Assembly (NCBI GenBank): GCA_049631145.1
Contig: JBNAAJ010000005.1
Coordinates: forward strand, 1,546 to 65,545
DNA from: Porticoccaceae bacterium
GTDB lineage: Bacteria > Pseudomonadota > Gammaproteobacteria > Pseudomonadales > Porticoccaceae
DNA: 64,000 bases
Direction of reading: 5' to 3'
The notes under the pieces are model-generated. The model was given only the letters and a program-made list of their open reading frames with translations. It was not told the DNA's origin and made no database searches. Made by a program: the position numbers and the translations under genes. Within the stretch, counting starts at the first letter, position 1. Each line of letters begins with the position of its first letter. Shown here in pieces: positions 21,097 to 31,747 of this stretch.

Positions 21097-22950
21097 ATGT
21101 TGGATAATTTTAGAAGTAATATGCGCGGCGTTGCTACTGTGATTGTAGTGATTATCGGCGCGGTATTCGTGTTTTCTGGTACAGGCTCATTATTTTTATC
21201 GGGGCCTGGTAGCGAGGTCGCTGCAGTGATTAATGGCGAGCAAGTCAGTGATTTACGTGTTCAACAGGTTATGTCGGCCGAAAAGCAGAGAATTCTTCAA
21301 GAAAATGAAGGGCTGGACCCGGCGGTACTTGATGATGAGTTGTTAAGGCCAGCGGTTCTTCAGCAAATTATTGCCGGCAAAGTACTTTCCCAGTCAGCGG
21401 CAGATCAGGGTTTTGGTTTGTCTTCTAAGCAGATTAGCGAATTATTAATTGACGCCCAAGGTTTTCAAGTCGATGGCCGCTTTGACCAGAAAACTTTTGA
21501 GTATGTGATTCGTCAGCAAGGGTACACCAGTGCGACTTTTATCGAGATGATAAAGCAGGATATGGTTATCCAGCAATTTACTCGGGCTATCAGTGGGACC
21601 AACTTCGTCACTGAGGCGGAAGTTGCCAGTCTAGCTAAGTACACTGAGCAGACTAGAGACTATTATTATGTAACCCTGCCAATGACACCTATAATGAGTG
21701 CTGTTAGCTTATCAGAGCAGCAAATCTCCGATTACTACAACGAAAATCAAGCGCAATATCAGACCGAGGTGCAGGTTTCGATAGAAGCTATCGAGTTGAG
21801 CCCCGCCACATTGGCTAGTGCGTATACTGTAACTGATGCACAAATTCAGGCGCGTTTTGAGCAAGAGGCGAGTTCAGTAGATATCTCAGACCAATTGCAA
21901 GCAGCTCATATCTTACTCACTGATGCCGATGATGCAGTATTGGCGGACGTTCAGGCTAAGTTGGATAGCGGACAGGACTTTGCCGAGTTGGCTCAGATGT
22001 ATTCTCAGGATGTTGTCTCCGCTGAACTAGGCGGGGATCTGGGCTATACCAGTGGCAACACATTCCCGACGGCCTTTGAAGAAGCTCTGGCTAGCCTTGA
22101 AGTAGGCGAAGTTTCAGCGCCGGTAACAACTGATGCAGGGATTCACTTTATTAAGCTGATGGATCGACAGCGGCAACAATTTGACTTGGTTTCTGAGCGC
22201 AGTCGAATTGAGCGGGAATTAATCAATGAAGCTGCCACTGATGCGTTGGTGGAGAAGCTTGAAATGTTAAAAGAATTAAGTTTCAACGCCGAAACGCTTG
22301 CCGAAGTGGCAACAGATCTTGATCTAGATGTGCAAGTTACCGCTCCTTTCTCAGCAAAGGGTGGAGAGGGCGTTGCCGCCTATCCAGCGGTTATTTCGGC
22401 AGCCTTTAGCAGTGAAGTATTGGAAGAAAAGTATGCTAGTGAGGTCATGGACTTGGGTGATGACCGCCATGTAGTGATTAAACTTAAAGAATACTTCCCT
22501 GCGCGTCAGAAGGAACTCGCCGAGGTAAAAGATTTAGTCAGGACAACCCTGAAAGAGACCATTGCTAAGCAGCGTATTACTGAGCAGGGCAGTGCATTGT
22601 TGGCTCGTGTAGAAGCTGGCGAGTCGGTAGAGAACGTTGCAAAGTCGCAGGATCTAGATTGGCAGGTTGCCAGCGGTGTAAAACGTATCTCAACCAGTGT
22701 CAATGCTGAGATAAGGAATGCTGCTTTTGCTATGGCAACGCCAACGGATAGCCCTGAGCTGTCCGGTCTTTTCACTGCTAACGGCGATTATGTGGTGCTG
22801 TCGTTAAACCAAGTGATCACGGGAGATATAAGTGATCTCAGCCGTAAGGAGCGCTCAGACCTTGTGGCAGCAGTTCAGGCGGTCAATGGTAGCCGCGATC
22901 TACAGGCCTATCAGGCTAGCCTAACGGCAAATGCTGACATTGTTCAGTAA
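21097..22950 (+). CDS. ppiD: Periplasmic folding chaperone PpiD (SurA N-terminal plus parvulin domain)
   Basis: N-terminal TM, AAHIL, DFAELAQ.YS.D..S...GGDLG, G.H.IK; synteny. Confidence 0.92.
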   Translation: MLDNFRSNMRGVATVIVVIIGAVFVFSGTGSLFLSGPGSEVAAVINGEQVSDLRVQQVMSAEKQRILQENEGLDPAVLDDELLRPAVLQQIIAGKVLSQSAADQGFGLSSKQISELLIDAQGFQVDGRFDQKTFEYVIRQQGYTSATFIEMIKQDMVIQQFTRAISGTNFVTEAEVASLAKYTEQTRDYYYVTLPMTPIMSAVSLSEQQISDYYNENQAQYQTEVQVSIEAIELSPATLASAYTVTDAQIQARFEQEASSVDISDQLQAAHILLTDADDAVLADVQAKLDSGQDFAELAQMYSQDVVSAELGGDLGYTSGNTFPTAFEEALASLEVGEVSAPVTTDAGIHFIKLMDRQRQQFDLVSERSRIERELINEAATDALVEKLEMLKELSFNAETLAEVATDLDLDVQVTAPFSAKGGEGVAAYPAVISAAFSSEVLEEKYASEVMDLGDDRHVVIKLKEYFPARQKELAEVKDLVRTTLKETIAKQRITEQGSALLARVEAGESVENVAKSQDLDWQVASGVKRISTSVNAEIRNAAFAMATPTDSPELSGLFTANGDYVVLSLNQVITGDISDLSRKERSDLVAAVQAVNGSRDLQAYQASLTANADIVQ

Positions 22951-22966
22951 CTGGCTCCTATAGCGC

Positions 22967-22993
22967 AAAGGCAGGGCTAACCCTGCCTTTTTT
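22967..22993 (+). terminator. Terminator between ppiD and convergent mltD
   Basis: AAAGGCAGGG-CTAA-CCCTGCCTTT-TTT. Confidence 0.88.
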
Positions 22994-23026
22994 ATACCAC
23001 TCTAAAAACGGTTTCTGTGGGGCTGG

Positions 23027-24541
23027 TCAGATTCTTAAGGCGTTGATAAACAAGGTTAAACGCTGACCTGGCTGTAGATATTCATTGCGGTTAATCTTGT
23101 TCCAGCGGGTGATATCGCGAATACTTAAATCAAACTTTTCTGCAATTAAATAAAGCGAGTCACCGCGCCTAACACGATAGGACAGCTGACGAGTATTTTG
23201 CGTACCTGAAATCGCCGTAGAATGCTCAATGATAAGTTCTTGTCCTATTTGCAAGGTATCTGTTGTCAGCTGATTATTGCGCCGTAAATAGGCGATGGAA
23301 ACCTTATAGCGCGCGGCGATAGTTGATAGCGAATCGCCCCGTTGGACCTTATAAATTGATTTCTGCCTATCCTCCATTGCTGTAGCGCTGGCGAGTGCAT
23401 GGTCTCCCGAATGGGGTATAGCGAGTATCTGACCAACTTGAAGTCGATCTGATCGAAGATTATTACGCTTTTTCAACCAGTTGGTTGGAATGCGAAATCG
23501 CTGGGCAATTTCTGATAATGTATCTCCGCTGACCACTGCATACTCAGTGTGCGGTACCCAAGATTTTGGGTCAGAAGTAGCGAGAAGTTCACGCAGAGGT
23601 TGCGCCGAGCCAACAGGCAACAGAATGGTATAGGTTCCGGTGGGTGGTGTGATTGAGCGGCGATAGGCGGGATTAAGGCCAGTGAAATCTTCATTGTTAA
23701 TCGCACTGATATCAATAATTTTATTTAAGTCGATCTGCGATTGAATATCGACCATCTCAAAATATGCGCTGTTCTTGATTGAAGGTAGTGCAATACTGTA
23801 GTCATTGGGTTTTTCGATTAGTGCCGCCAGAGCCAATAATTGCGGGACATAGTTTCGAGTTTCTCTGGGAAGTTTTATCGACCAGAAATCCGTTGCCTTG
23901 CCTAGCTTTCGATTGCGAGCAATCGATTTCCTGACATTGCCTTCACCGGAATTATAGGCGGCCAGTGCCAGTAACCAATCGTTATCAAAACGCTGGTGAA
24001 GATAACTAAGATACTTAATTGCCGCCTGAGTAGACAGGATGACATCGCGCCGTCCGTCATACCAGCGGTCTCTGTTCAAACCCAGAGAGCGCGCCGTTGA
24101 TGGGATAAACTGCCAAAGCCCTACCGCATGACTATGACTATAGGCAAGGGGGTCATAAGTACTCTCTACAATGGGTAGCAGAGCCAGTTCAAGGGGCAAT
24201 CCAGCTTTATCTAGTTCATCGGTGACATAAAAAATATAGGGCTCAGCGCGGGCAAACACAGTGGCGAGATATTTCGGGTTACGCTGATACCATCTGATTT
24301 GCTTGGCCACAGTCTTGTGCATACGTTCGGGGCTTAGCTTGTAGCCAGAGCGGATGCGCTGCCACAGATCGTTAGGCAGGGGACTGTTACCGACAGCCTC
24401 TTCGCCGACGGCTTCAACTCCAATCAGACTGTTCTCTTGCATTGCGGTTGTCTTTGACGTCGGCAGCGTTTCGCAGCCTGCAAGTAGCGCACTGGCAAGT
24501 AATACCGATAAAGATGCAATAATGGGGGTTAATCTAGACAA
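23027..24541 (-). CDS. mltD: Membrane-bound lytic murein transglycosylase D with three LysM domains
   Basis: Lipobox LAGC, IVES catalytic Glu, GLWQF, AAYNSGEG, ETRNYVP, three GD(T/S)L..IA LysM repeats. Confidence 0.93.
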   Translation of the reverse strand: MSRLTPIIASLSVLLASALLAGCETLPTSKTTAMQENSLIGVEAVGEEAVGNSPLPNDLWQRIRSGYKLSPERMHKTVAKQIRWYQRNPKYLATVFARAEPYIFYVTDELDKAGLPLELALLPIVESTYDPLAYSHSHAVGLWQFIPSTARSLGLNRDRWYDGRRDVILSTQAAIKYLSYLHQRFDNDWLLALAAYNSGEGNVRKSIARNRKLGKATDFWSIKLPRETRNYVPQLLALAALIEKPNDYSIALPSIKNSAYFEMVDIQSQIDLNKIIDISAINNEDFTGLNPAYRRSITPPTGTYTILLPVGSAQPLRELLATSDPKSWVPHTEYAVVSGDTLSEIAQRFRIPTNWLKKRNNLRSDRLQVGQILAIPHSGDHALASATAMEDRQKSIYKVQRGDSLSTIAARYKVSIAYLRRNNQLTTDTLQIGQELIIEHSTAISGTQNTRQLSYRVRRGDSLYLIAEKFDLSIRDITRWNKINRNEYLQPGQRLTLFINALRI

Positions 24542-24736
24542 AAATAATCAACTTTTGATTGGCTCAGTTAAAGACGCGAGAATTGTAGCGAGCGCGCGCG
24601 GATTAAACAATGTATCTAAGTGTTATGGGACATTGTTGGGCCAATTATAAGTAGATATCGAGATGAAATCTGGTGTTTGTCTTTCTCATTGCACATAATA
24701 ATGCTTAGTTAATCTCTTAGGTAATCAAGCAAATCG

Positions 24737-25549
24737 ATGCTGAAAGATTTTGTTCGCCAACACAGTAACAGGCTATATGATCAGCTCAAGGTAGCAGATT
24801 TAGCCCATTCAATTGTAGATATTGACGCTTGGGCCAAACAAGATTTTGGTTGCTATTTACTGCGGCAGCAACAACGTATTCTGCAACAAAAATATACCAA
24901 GTTGCCGGGTTATCGGCTAATGCATCTCGGTCTTTTTCCGCATTCTCAGACTATCGTGGGATTTGAACATCTGCACAGTTTCCATATTGCACCCAGTCAT
25001 TTAGTCGCGTCTGGGTCCTCTGTGGTAAGTAACTACTCGGAAATACCCTTGCCCTCTGGTGTGATTGATGTGGCAATTTTACAGCATGCGGTTGAGTACT
25101 CGGCATCTCCTCAAGCAGTATTAGCGGAAATATCTCGAGTAGTAGCGCCTGGGGGGCATATACTGCTTTTTCTTTTTAATCCTCTTGGTCCCAGAGGCTT
25201 AATAAAATTTCCTATGCAACTAGTTACTGGACGCACAGAGTATTGCTTTCATAGTTTGCGCAAAGGACGAGTTATTGATTGGCTTTCATTGCTTAATTTT
25301 CAGGTATTGGAGATTGAGCACGGAGCCTATAACTTGCCCTTAAACTATCAGCCTTGGTTAGAGCAAGATAGTCGCTGGGAGAAACTGGCACAAAAGATTC
25401 GCTTTCCTCTGGGCAACTTCTATATGATTCATGCAGTTAAACGAGAGCTGCGGGGTATAACTAAGCGCGCACATTCTTGGCGACCTGCGGCCAACAGTGG
25501 TTACAATTCATCCAGTCGCAAAATTAGTCGTAAAAACATAAAAAAGTAG
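24737..25549 (+). CDS. YafS-like class I SAM-dependent methyltransferase
   Basis: D...LQH.VE....P..VL.E..RV..PGG.......NP; position upstream of rnhA. Confidence 0.8.
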   Translation: MLKDFVRQHSNRLYDQLKVADLAHSIVDIDAWAKQDFGCYLLRQQQRILQQKYTKLPGYRLMHLGLFPHSQTIVGFEHLHSFHIAPSHLVASGSSVVSNYSEIPLPSGVIDVAILQHAVEYSASPQAVLAEISRVVAPGGHILLFLFNPLGPRGLIKFPMQLVTGRTEYCFHSLRKGRVIDWLSLLNFQVLEIEHGAYNLPLNYQPWLEQDSRWEKLAQKIRFPLGNFYMIHAVKRELRGITKRAHSWRPAANSGYNSSSRKISRKNIKK

Positions 25550-25556
25550 GACAACG

Positions 25557-25988
25557 ATGAAGTCAGTAGAGATATTTACCGATGGCGCCTGCCGAGGTAA
25601 TCCAGGGCCCGGAGGCTGGGGGGTATTGATGCGCTATGGTGCAGAGGAGCGCAGTCTTTTCGGTGGCGAAAAAGAAACTACCAATAATCGCATGGAGCTT
25701 ACCGCAGTGATCGAGGGGTTAGCGGCACTGACTCAACCCTGTCAGGTCATACTTACCTCCGATTCGACCTATGTACTTAAGGGTATTCAGGAGTGGATGC
25801 CAAGCTGGAAAAAGCGTGGTTGGAAGACGGCGTCCAAAAAACCAGTAAAGAATGTTGATCTATGGCAAAAACTCGATAGGGTTATTGGTGAACATAAGAT
25901 AGAGTGGCGGTGGGTCAAAGGGCATAGTGGTCATCGTGAAAATGAGATTGCCGATCAGTTGGCCAACCAAGGCATAGATGATTTGTAA
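25557..25988 (+). CDS. rnhA: Ribonuclease HI
   Basis: [39 protein letters not shown]. Confidence 0.98.
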   Translation: MKSVEIFTDGACRGNPGPGGWGVLMRYGAEERSLFGGEKETTNNRMELTAVIEGLAALTQPCQVILTSDSTYVLKGIQEWMPSWKKRGWKTASKKPVKNVDLWQKLDRVIGEHKIEWRWVKGHSGHRENEIADQLANQGIDDL

Positions 25989-26024
25989 ACGAGTGTCATT
26001 TAAAAGACGGATTATAGAGAGCAG

Positions 26025-26738
26025 ATGCGACAGATAGTACTTGATACAGAGACGACCGGTTTGGAGACATCGCAAGACCACCGAATAATTGAAATTGGTT
26101 GTGTCGAAATGGTTAATCGCAAGCTTACTGGGCGGCATTATCACCAATATATAAACCCCCAGCGCAATGTCGATGAAGGAGCGATGGAGGTGCATGGCAT
26201 CACCGATCAATTTCTCGCAGACAAGCCATTGTTTGAGTCCATCGCCGCAGATTTTCTTGAATTTGTTGACGGTGCCGACTTAATTATTCACAACGCGCCT
26301 TTCGATCTGGGATTTATCAATCACGAAATCGCCAAGCTGCCCAATAAGGTTGCAGTTATCGAAAAAAATTGCAAGATCATTGACACCTTGGCTCTGGCTA
26401 GACAAAAGCACCCAGGACAAAAGAATAATCTGGATGCTCTGTGCAAACGCTACGGTGTGGATAATTCTCAGCGTGATCTGCATGGCGCGCTGCTCGATGC
26501 TGAGATTCTGGCCGATGTCTACTTATTGATGACCGGTGGTCAGGTCAATCTTAATATCAATGATCAGTCAGCCGCAGATGCGGGCGAGTTGAATCAGACC
26601 TCTAGCATTCGTCGGTTGGCTAAGAGTCGGCCAGCACTGCGAGTAATTGAGGCGAATGAGCATGAAGTTTCTCGTCATCAGGCCAAGCTTGATGCTATCA
26701 CTGAGTCCAGTGGTAAATGTCTCTGGCGAGCTGAGTAG
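26025..26738 (+). CDS. dnaQ: DNA polymerase III epsilon subunit
   Basis: LDTETTG, HNAPFD, HGALLDAEILADVY. Confidence 0.98.
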   Translation: MRQIVLDTETTGLETSQDHRIIEIGCVEMVNRKLTGRHYHQYINPQRNVDEGAMEVHGITDQFLADKPLFESIAADFLEFVDGADLIIHNAPFDLGFINHEIAKLPNKVAVIEKNCKIIDTLALARQKHPGQKNNLDALCKRYGVDNSQRDLHGALLDAEILADVYLLMTGGQVNLNINDQSAADAGELNQTSSIRRLAKSRPALRVIEANEHEVSRHQAKLDAITESSGKCLWRAE

Positions 26739-26741
26739 ACA

Positions 26742-29700
26742 TTGACAGAAGTATTCCCAGACGGGGCTGATGATAGCCTAACTGATGCTAGCCAGTTTGA
26801 GTCGCTACAAAGACAATTGAGTGAAACAGTGGCGAGTGCTGACCTCCATCGGCTGCGTCGACAGTTGCTCGATATTCGGCGTCTGCTGAAGAGTAAAAAG
26901 GATATTTCTCAGCGGTTGCAAAAATGGCAAAAAGCGGTAAAGAGATCGCAGCAACTGGTCGAAAAAAGACAAAATAACTTGCCGCCTATCAGTTATCCAG
27001 ACCTTCCAGTAAGCACAAGATCAGAAGAGATACTTGAACTTATAAAACATAACCAAGTCGTTGTGATTGCGGGAGAAACAGGTTCAGGCAAAACTACACA
27101 GTTACCGAAAATTTGTCTGCAGGCAGGTCGTGGTGTTAAGGGCATCATCGGCCATACTCAACCGCGCCGTATTGCTGCGCGCACCGTCGCTCAGCGTATC
27201 GCTTACGAACTCAACAGTCCACTGGGTGATATTGTCGGTTATCAGGTGCGTTTCTCTGATCAGAGCTCTACTAGTACCCAAGTAAAGCTGATGACTGACG
27301 GTATTTTATTGGCTGAAATTCAGCACGATCGTTTTTTGAGTCAATACGATACGTTGATTATTGATGAGGCTCACGAGCGCAGTCTCAATATTGACTTTTT
27401 ATTGGGTTACCTTAAAGACCTATTATCGAAGCGTGCAGATCTAAAGCTGATTATCACTTCGGCGACTATTGATATTGAAAAATTCTCCAATCACTTTGAT
27501 GATGCACCGGTAATTGAGGTGTCCGGGAGAACATATCCTGTAGATATTATTTACGCAGGGGCAGATGACTTAGAGAGTGATCGCAACCAGATGATTATCG
27601 ATTGTCTACGGGATATAGAGGCCAATCAAAAAGCGGGTGATGTACTGGTGTTTTTAAGCGGCGAGCGAGAAATTCGAGAGGCAAATCTAGCCATAAAGCG
27701 CGCCCAGTTGCCTCATACGGAAGTGGTTCCACTCTATGCAAGGCTGAGTCTTAATGAGCAGAGTAAAATATTTTCTCCCCACAAGGGTCGTCGGATTGTA
27801 TTGAGTACCAATGTGGCAGAGACCTCCTTGACTGTTCCAGGTATTGGCTATGTTATTGATACTGGGCGGGCACGCTTGTCACGATACAGTTATCGCACCA
27901 AGGTTCAGCGCCTGCCTATCGAACCAATCTCACAAGCAAGCGCCAATCAGAGGGCGGGGCGCTGCGGTCGCGTCAGTCATGGCATCTGTTATCGTCTTTA
28001 TAGTGAAGATGATTTTAACCGCCGTGCAGAGTTTACTGATCCCGAGATCGTGCGCACCAATCTGGCCGCGGTTATATTACAAATGCTACATCTGCGGATT
28101 GGCGATATTCGCAGCTTTCCTTTTATTGACCCACCCGATAACCGTATGATCAGTGATGGCTTTAAATTGCTTGAAGAGTTACAGGCCGTCAATGCTCAGG
28201 GCAAGCTAACTGCATTGGGTAAAAAACTGGTGTCCATACCATTGGATCCAAAGTTAGCGCGCATGATAATACAGTCGGCACAGATAGGGTCGCTGCGGGA
28301 AGTGATGATCATCACCACTGGATTGAGTATTCAAGACCCTAGAGAGCGGCCTGCGGATAAACAGCAGGCTGCAGATCAAGCCCATGGGCAATGGCGAGAT
28401 ACTGACTCTGACTTTATGTCACTACTAAATTTATGGCACCATTTTGAAGCGAAACGTCAGACATTGTCTGGCAACCAATACAGCAAATACTGCCGCGCCA
28501 ATTATGTATCGTACCTACGTATGAAAGAGTGGCGTGATCTTCACCATCAGGTGCACAGTGCCTGCCGTGGATTGCGCTTGCCCGAAAACTCCCAGCCTGC
28601 TGACTATGCCACTATCCATCAAGCATTGCTGTCAGGATTGCTGGGGCAGGTCGGTATTCGCCAAGATAAGTGGGAGTTTGCCGGTACCAGAAATCGAAAG
28701 TTTTTTATTTTCCCCGGCTCTGGCCTGAGTAAAAAGCCACCAAAATGGGTGATGGCCGGTGCATTGATGGAAACCGCCAAACAATATGCCCTTACAGTTG
28801 CCAAAATAGACTCGGATTGGCTTGAACCACTTGCCGCGCATTTAGTGAAGAAAACCTACAGTGCGCCTTTTTATCAACATAAATCCGGCCAAGTAATAGC
28901 CAAGGAGCGACAAACACTATTTGGTCTCAGTATTGTTGAAGGCAAAAATACTGTGTATGGCACTATTGCGCCAGTTGAGGCACGACAGATATTTATTCAG
29001 CAGGCATTGGTGGAGGAAGGGTATCGAGGCAAAGGGGACTTCCATAAGCGTAATCACCGGCTAGTGGAAGAGCTTGTGGCTATGGAGGATCGTTTCCGCC
29101 GCCGCGATCTATTAGCGGAACAAAAAGTAATTTTCGGTTTTTACAATGAGCGTATTCCCGACGGTATTTACAATCTCCCCGCCTTTGAAAAATGGCGTAA
29201 ACAGGCGGAAAAAGACAATCCTAAATTATTGCATATCGACAGAGATACATTGCTGTTGCGAGGGTTGTCTGCCGATGAGGAGGCCCAGTTTCCGCAGTCC
29301 ATTAACTGTGGTGAGTTGGTTTTTGAGCTTAGCTACTGTTTTCAGCCGGGTCATGACGAAGATGGTGTGAGTGCGATAATTCCACTGCCATTATTGCATC
29401 AATTGCCACGCTATTTTTTCGATTGGTTGGTGCCGGGCATGTTGCGGGACAAGTGCATCGCGCTAATAAAGAGCTTACCCAAACAAACTCGCCGGCATTT
29501 TGTGCCGGTTCCAGACTATGTCGACAAGATACTACTGCAAGTCAAAGCGCAGGATCGACCGTTGACCGAAGTGCTCGCAGAGCAACTCAAGCGACACACT
29601 GGGATTACCATTGAGCAACATGACTGGAATGTGCAAGGGTTAGATCCTTGGTATTTAATGAATTTTGTGCTGCAAGACGAGGCCGGTAAAAGTATCGCTA

Positions 29701-30659
29701 TGGCGCGTAACTTGGATCAGTTGCAGCGAGATTTTAAACAGCAAATCAGCGCAGGCCTAGAACAGGCGGCGGAAAATACTGTCTCGCGGCAAAACATTAT
29801 TGCTTGGGATTTCGGGCAGTTGCCCGAGTCAATCGAATTGCAGCGAGGCAATATTACTATTAAGGCTTGGCCAGCGTTAAAAGACTATGGTGATTCTGTT
29901 GCCATTGAGGTTATGGATAATCCATTGACTGCGGCCAATGTCAGTCGGATGGGACAGTTAAGGCTCGCAATACTTAAAGGTCGTGAACAACACAAATACT
30001 TAAACAAAAATTTGCTACGTGGTACCGAGCTAGCGTTAAAGGTAGCGGCTATTGGTTCTCGGCAACAAATAATCGATGCACTGATTAACGCGAGTTTTCA
30101 ACAAGCGATTTTTTCGGCTGAAGATTTAGTTAGAGATCAATCCAGCTTTGAGTATTGCTTTGAATCAGGTATCGGCAACGTGGTTGGTATCGCGCAGCAA
30201 CATGCGGATAGTATCGAATCAGTCCTGCCTCAGCTTCATGATATCCAGAAGTGCCTGCGTGCACTGGGCCTGTCTGCCATCTATGCCAAGCAAGATGTGA
30301 CTAATCAATTTAACTGGTTATTTTCCCATGCAACCCTGAGTGCAGTAACCACCGAGCATACGAGACAGTACCCTAGGTTTGTAAGGGGTGTCAGCATACG
30401 ATTAGAAAAGTTGGCATCACAGGTTGATAAAGATCGCCGTTACATTGCTGAGGTTGAATCGTTTTTACAGCCGGTTATCGAGCTTGATAAACAACAGTTT
30501 TCTCTGGGGCTCGCTGAGGCAATAAATGAGTTTCTATGGTTAGTGGAGGAATATAGAATATCGTTGTTTGCACAGCAGTTAAAAACCAGAGTCCCTGTAT
30601 CTGCCAAACGGCTTGATAAAAAGTGGGCAGAGTTAAGTGATCAGCTTAGGCGCTTTTAG
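26742..30659 (+). CDS. hrpA: ATP-dependent RNA helicase HrpA
   Basis: GETGSGKTTQLPK, DEAHERS, SAT, TNVAETSLT, QRAGRCGR, C-terminal EEYRISLFAQ. Confidence 0.96.
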   Translation: MTEVFPDGADDSLTDASQFESLQRQLSETVASADLHRLRRQLLDIRRLLKSKKDISQRLQKWQKAVKRSQQLVEKRQNNLPPISYPDLPVSTRSEEILELIKHNQVVVIAGETGSGKTTQLPKICLQAGRGVKGIIGHTQPRRIAARTVAQRIAYELNSPLGDIVGYQVRFSDQSSTSTQVKLMTDGILLAEIQHDRFLSQYDTLIIDEAHERSLNIDFLLGYLKDLLSKRADLKLIITSATIDIEKFSNHFDDAPVIEVSGRTYPVDIIYAGADDLESDRNQMIIDCLRDIEANQKAGDVLVFLSGEREIREANLAIKRAQLPHTEVVPLYARLSLNEQSKIFSPHKGRRIVLSTNVAETSLTVPGIGYVIDTGRARLSRYSYRTKVQRLPIEPISQASANQRAGRCGRVSHGICYRLYSEDDFNRRAEFTDPEIVRTNLAAVILQMLHLRIGDIRSFPFIDPPDNRMISDGFKLLEELQAVNAQGKLTALGKKLVSIPLDPKLARMIIQSAQIGSLREVMIITTGLSIQDPRERPADKQQAADQAHGQWRDTDSDFMSLLNLWHHFEAKRQTLSGNQYSKYCRANYVSYLRMKEWRDLHHQVHSACRGLRLPENSQPADYATIHQALLSGLLGQVGIRQDKWEFAGTRNRKFFIFPGSGLSKKPPKWVMAGALMETAKQYALTVAKIDSDWLEPLAAHLVKKTYSAPFYQHKSGQVIAKERQTLFGLSIVEGKNTVYGTIAPVEARQIFIQQALVEEGYRGKGDFHKRNHRLVEELVAMEDRFRRRDLLAEQKVIFGFYNERIPDGIYNLPAFEKWRKQAEKDNPKLLHIDRDTLLLRGLSADEEAQFPQSINCGELVFELSYCFQPGHDEDGVSAIIPLPLLHQLPRYFFDWLVPGMLRDKCIALIKSLPKQTRRHFVPVPDYVDKILLQVKAQDRPLTEVLAEQLKRHTGITIEQHDWNVQGLDPWYLMNFVLQDEAGKSIAMARNLDQLQRDFKQQISAGLEQAAENTVSRQNIIAWDFGQLPESIELQRGNITIKAWPALKDYGDSVAIEVMDNPLTAANVSRMGQLRLAILKGREQHKYLNKNLLRGTELALKVAAIGSRQQIIDALINASFQQAIFSAEDLVRDQSSFEYCFESGIGNVVGIAQQHADSIESVLPQLHDIQKCLRALGLSAIYAKQDVTNQFNWLFSHATLSAVTTEHTRQYPRFVRGVSIRLEKLASQVDKDRRYIAEVESFLQPVIELDKQQFSLGLAEAINEFLWLVEEYRISLFAQQLKTRVPVSAKRLDKKWAELSDQLRRF

Positions 30660-30954
30660 CTATTACACTGTGATTGCCGGCTACAGACAAAAGGTCAAAA
30701 TCAGGGTGATAGTGGCGCTATTTAGGATCTGGCGTCTATAGTTAGATCGTCTGACTAATATAGTAACCTAGGTGGTAAAGTCTTACTGCACCTGCAGCCA
30801 CAGTTTGGTAGGTCTTTAGAGCAAAGAACTAGCGTTGCAATTTTCTCACTTTTGAGAGGCAAAAGACGGTATACCTTGGCGTTATGTGGCAGTAGAATAT
30901 AAGTGGTTAGGGATATGATCCCAGTTATTAAAGCAAATGGATTGTGGGAAAGAG

Positions 30955-31665
30955 ATGAATAGATTAAACCAATTGTTAGGCATTTTTATTATCACCTGCG
31001 GTATTGTGCCGTCGGTCATGGCCAGTGATGCGGATAACGTTGATCCTTATGAGGATCTCAATCGAGTCACTCATCGATTTAACGAAACTCTCGATGACTA
31101 CGTGGCGCGCCCTGCGGCTACTTTTTATCATAACGCTATGCCTGATCCTCTGGAAAAGGGCGTTGTGAATATTTTTCGCAATCTTGACGAAATCACCAAT
31201 GTTATTAACGATGTATTGCAGGGTAAATTTTCTCAAGCGGCCAATGACTCTGGCCGCTTTATAATTAATACAACGATTGGCATGGGTGGATTATTTGATG
31301 TTGCTCAACGTATGGGACTACCGCGCAGCGAAGGTGAAGACTTCGCGCAAACGTTGGGTGTCTGGGGCGTACCTGATGGCCCCTATCTTATGCTACCGTT
31401 TGTCGGCCCATCGACATTAAGGGAGGCGCCTTCTAAGTTTATCGATAACTTCACCAATCCCTACGCGCATCTAGAAGATGAATCGGCTCGCCACGCCATA
31501 AGGGCAGCGAGTCTGGTCTCTACTAGAGCTGAACTGTTAGGTTTGGATGACGTTATTTCTGGCGATAGTTATTTATTTGTCAGAGATGTTTATCTGCAGC
31601 GCAGAGAATACTTGATGAACGACGGTGCAGTTGAGGATGATTTTGGTGATTTAGATGATTATTAG
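30955..31665 (+). CDS. mlaA: MlaA/VacJ family outer-membrane lipid asymmetry protein
   Basis: DPYE..NR...FN, RFIINTTIG.GGLFDVA, EDF.QTLG.WG...GPYL.LP..GPST.R. Confidence 0.92.
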   Translation: MNRLNQLLGIFIITCGIVPSVMASDADNVDPYEDLNRVTHRFNETLDDYVARPAATFYHNAMPDPLEKGVVNIFRNLDEITNVINDVLQGKFSQAANDSGRFIINTTIGMGGLFDVAQRMGLPRSEGEDFAQTLGVWGVPDGPYLMLPFVGPSTLREAPSKFIDNFTNPYAHLEDESARHAIRAASLVSTRAELLGLDDVISGDSYLFVRDVYLQRREYLMNDGAVEDDFGDLDDY

Positions 31666-31747
31666 ACTGGGTTGATTGAGATTACAGGTCAATGAAACTG
31701 CAACTGTTGCGACAAGCCAAAGTCCTGGTGACTAAAACCGGAATCGA

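Noticed and set aside
30660-30954. Long hrpA-mlaA intergenic region with small hairpins, possible sRNA
   Set aside because: Only short, weak stems and no terminator-like end; insufficient evidence
30937-31030. MlaA lacking a canonical lipobox
   Set aside because: The signal looks like an SPI type (VMA-SD), but I recall similar N-termini in Pseudomonas-type VacJ proteins, so probably not unusual
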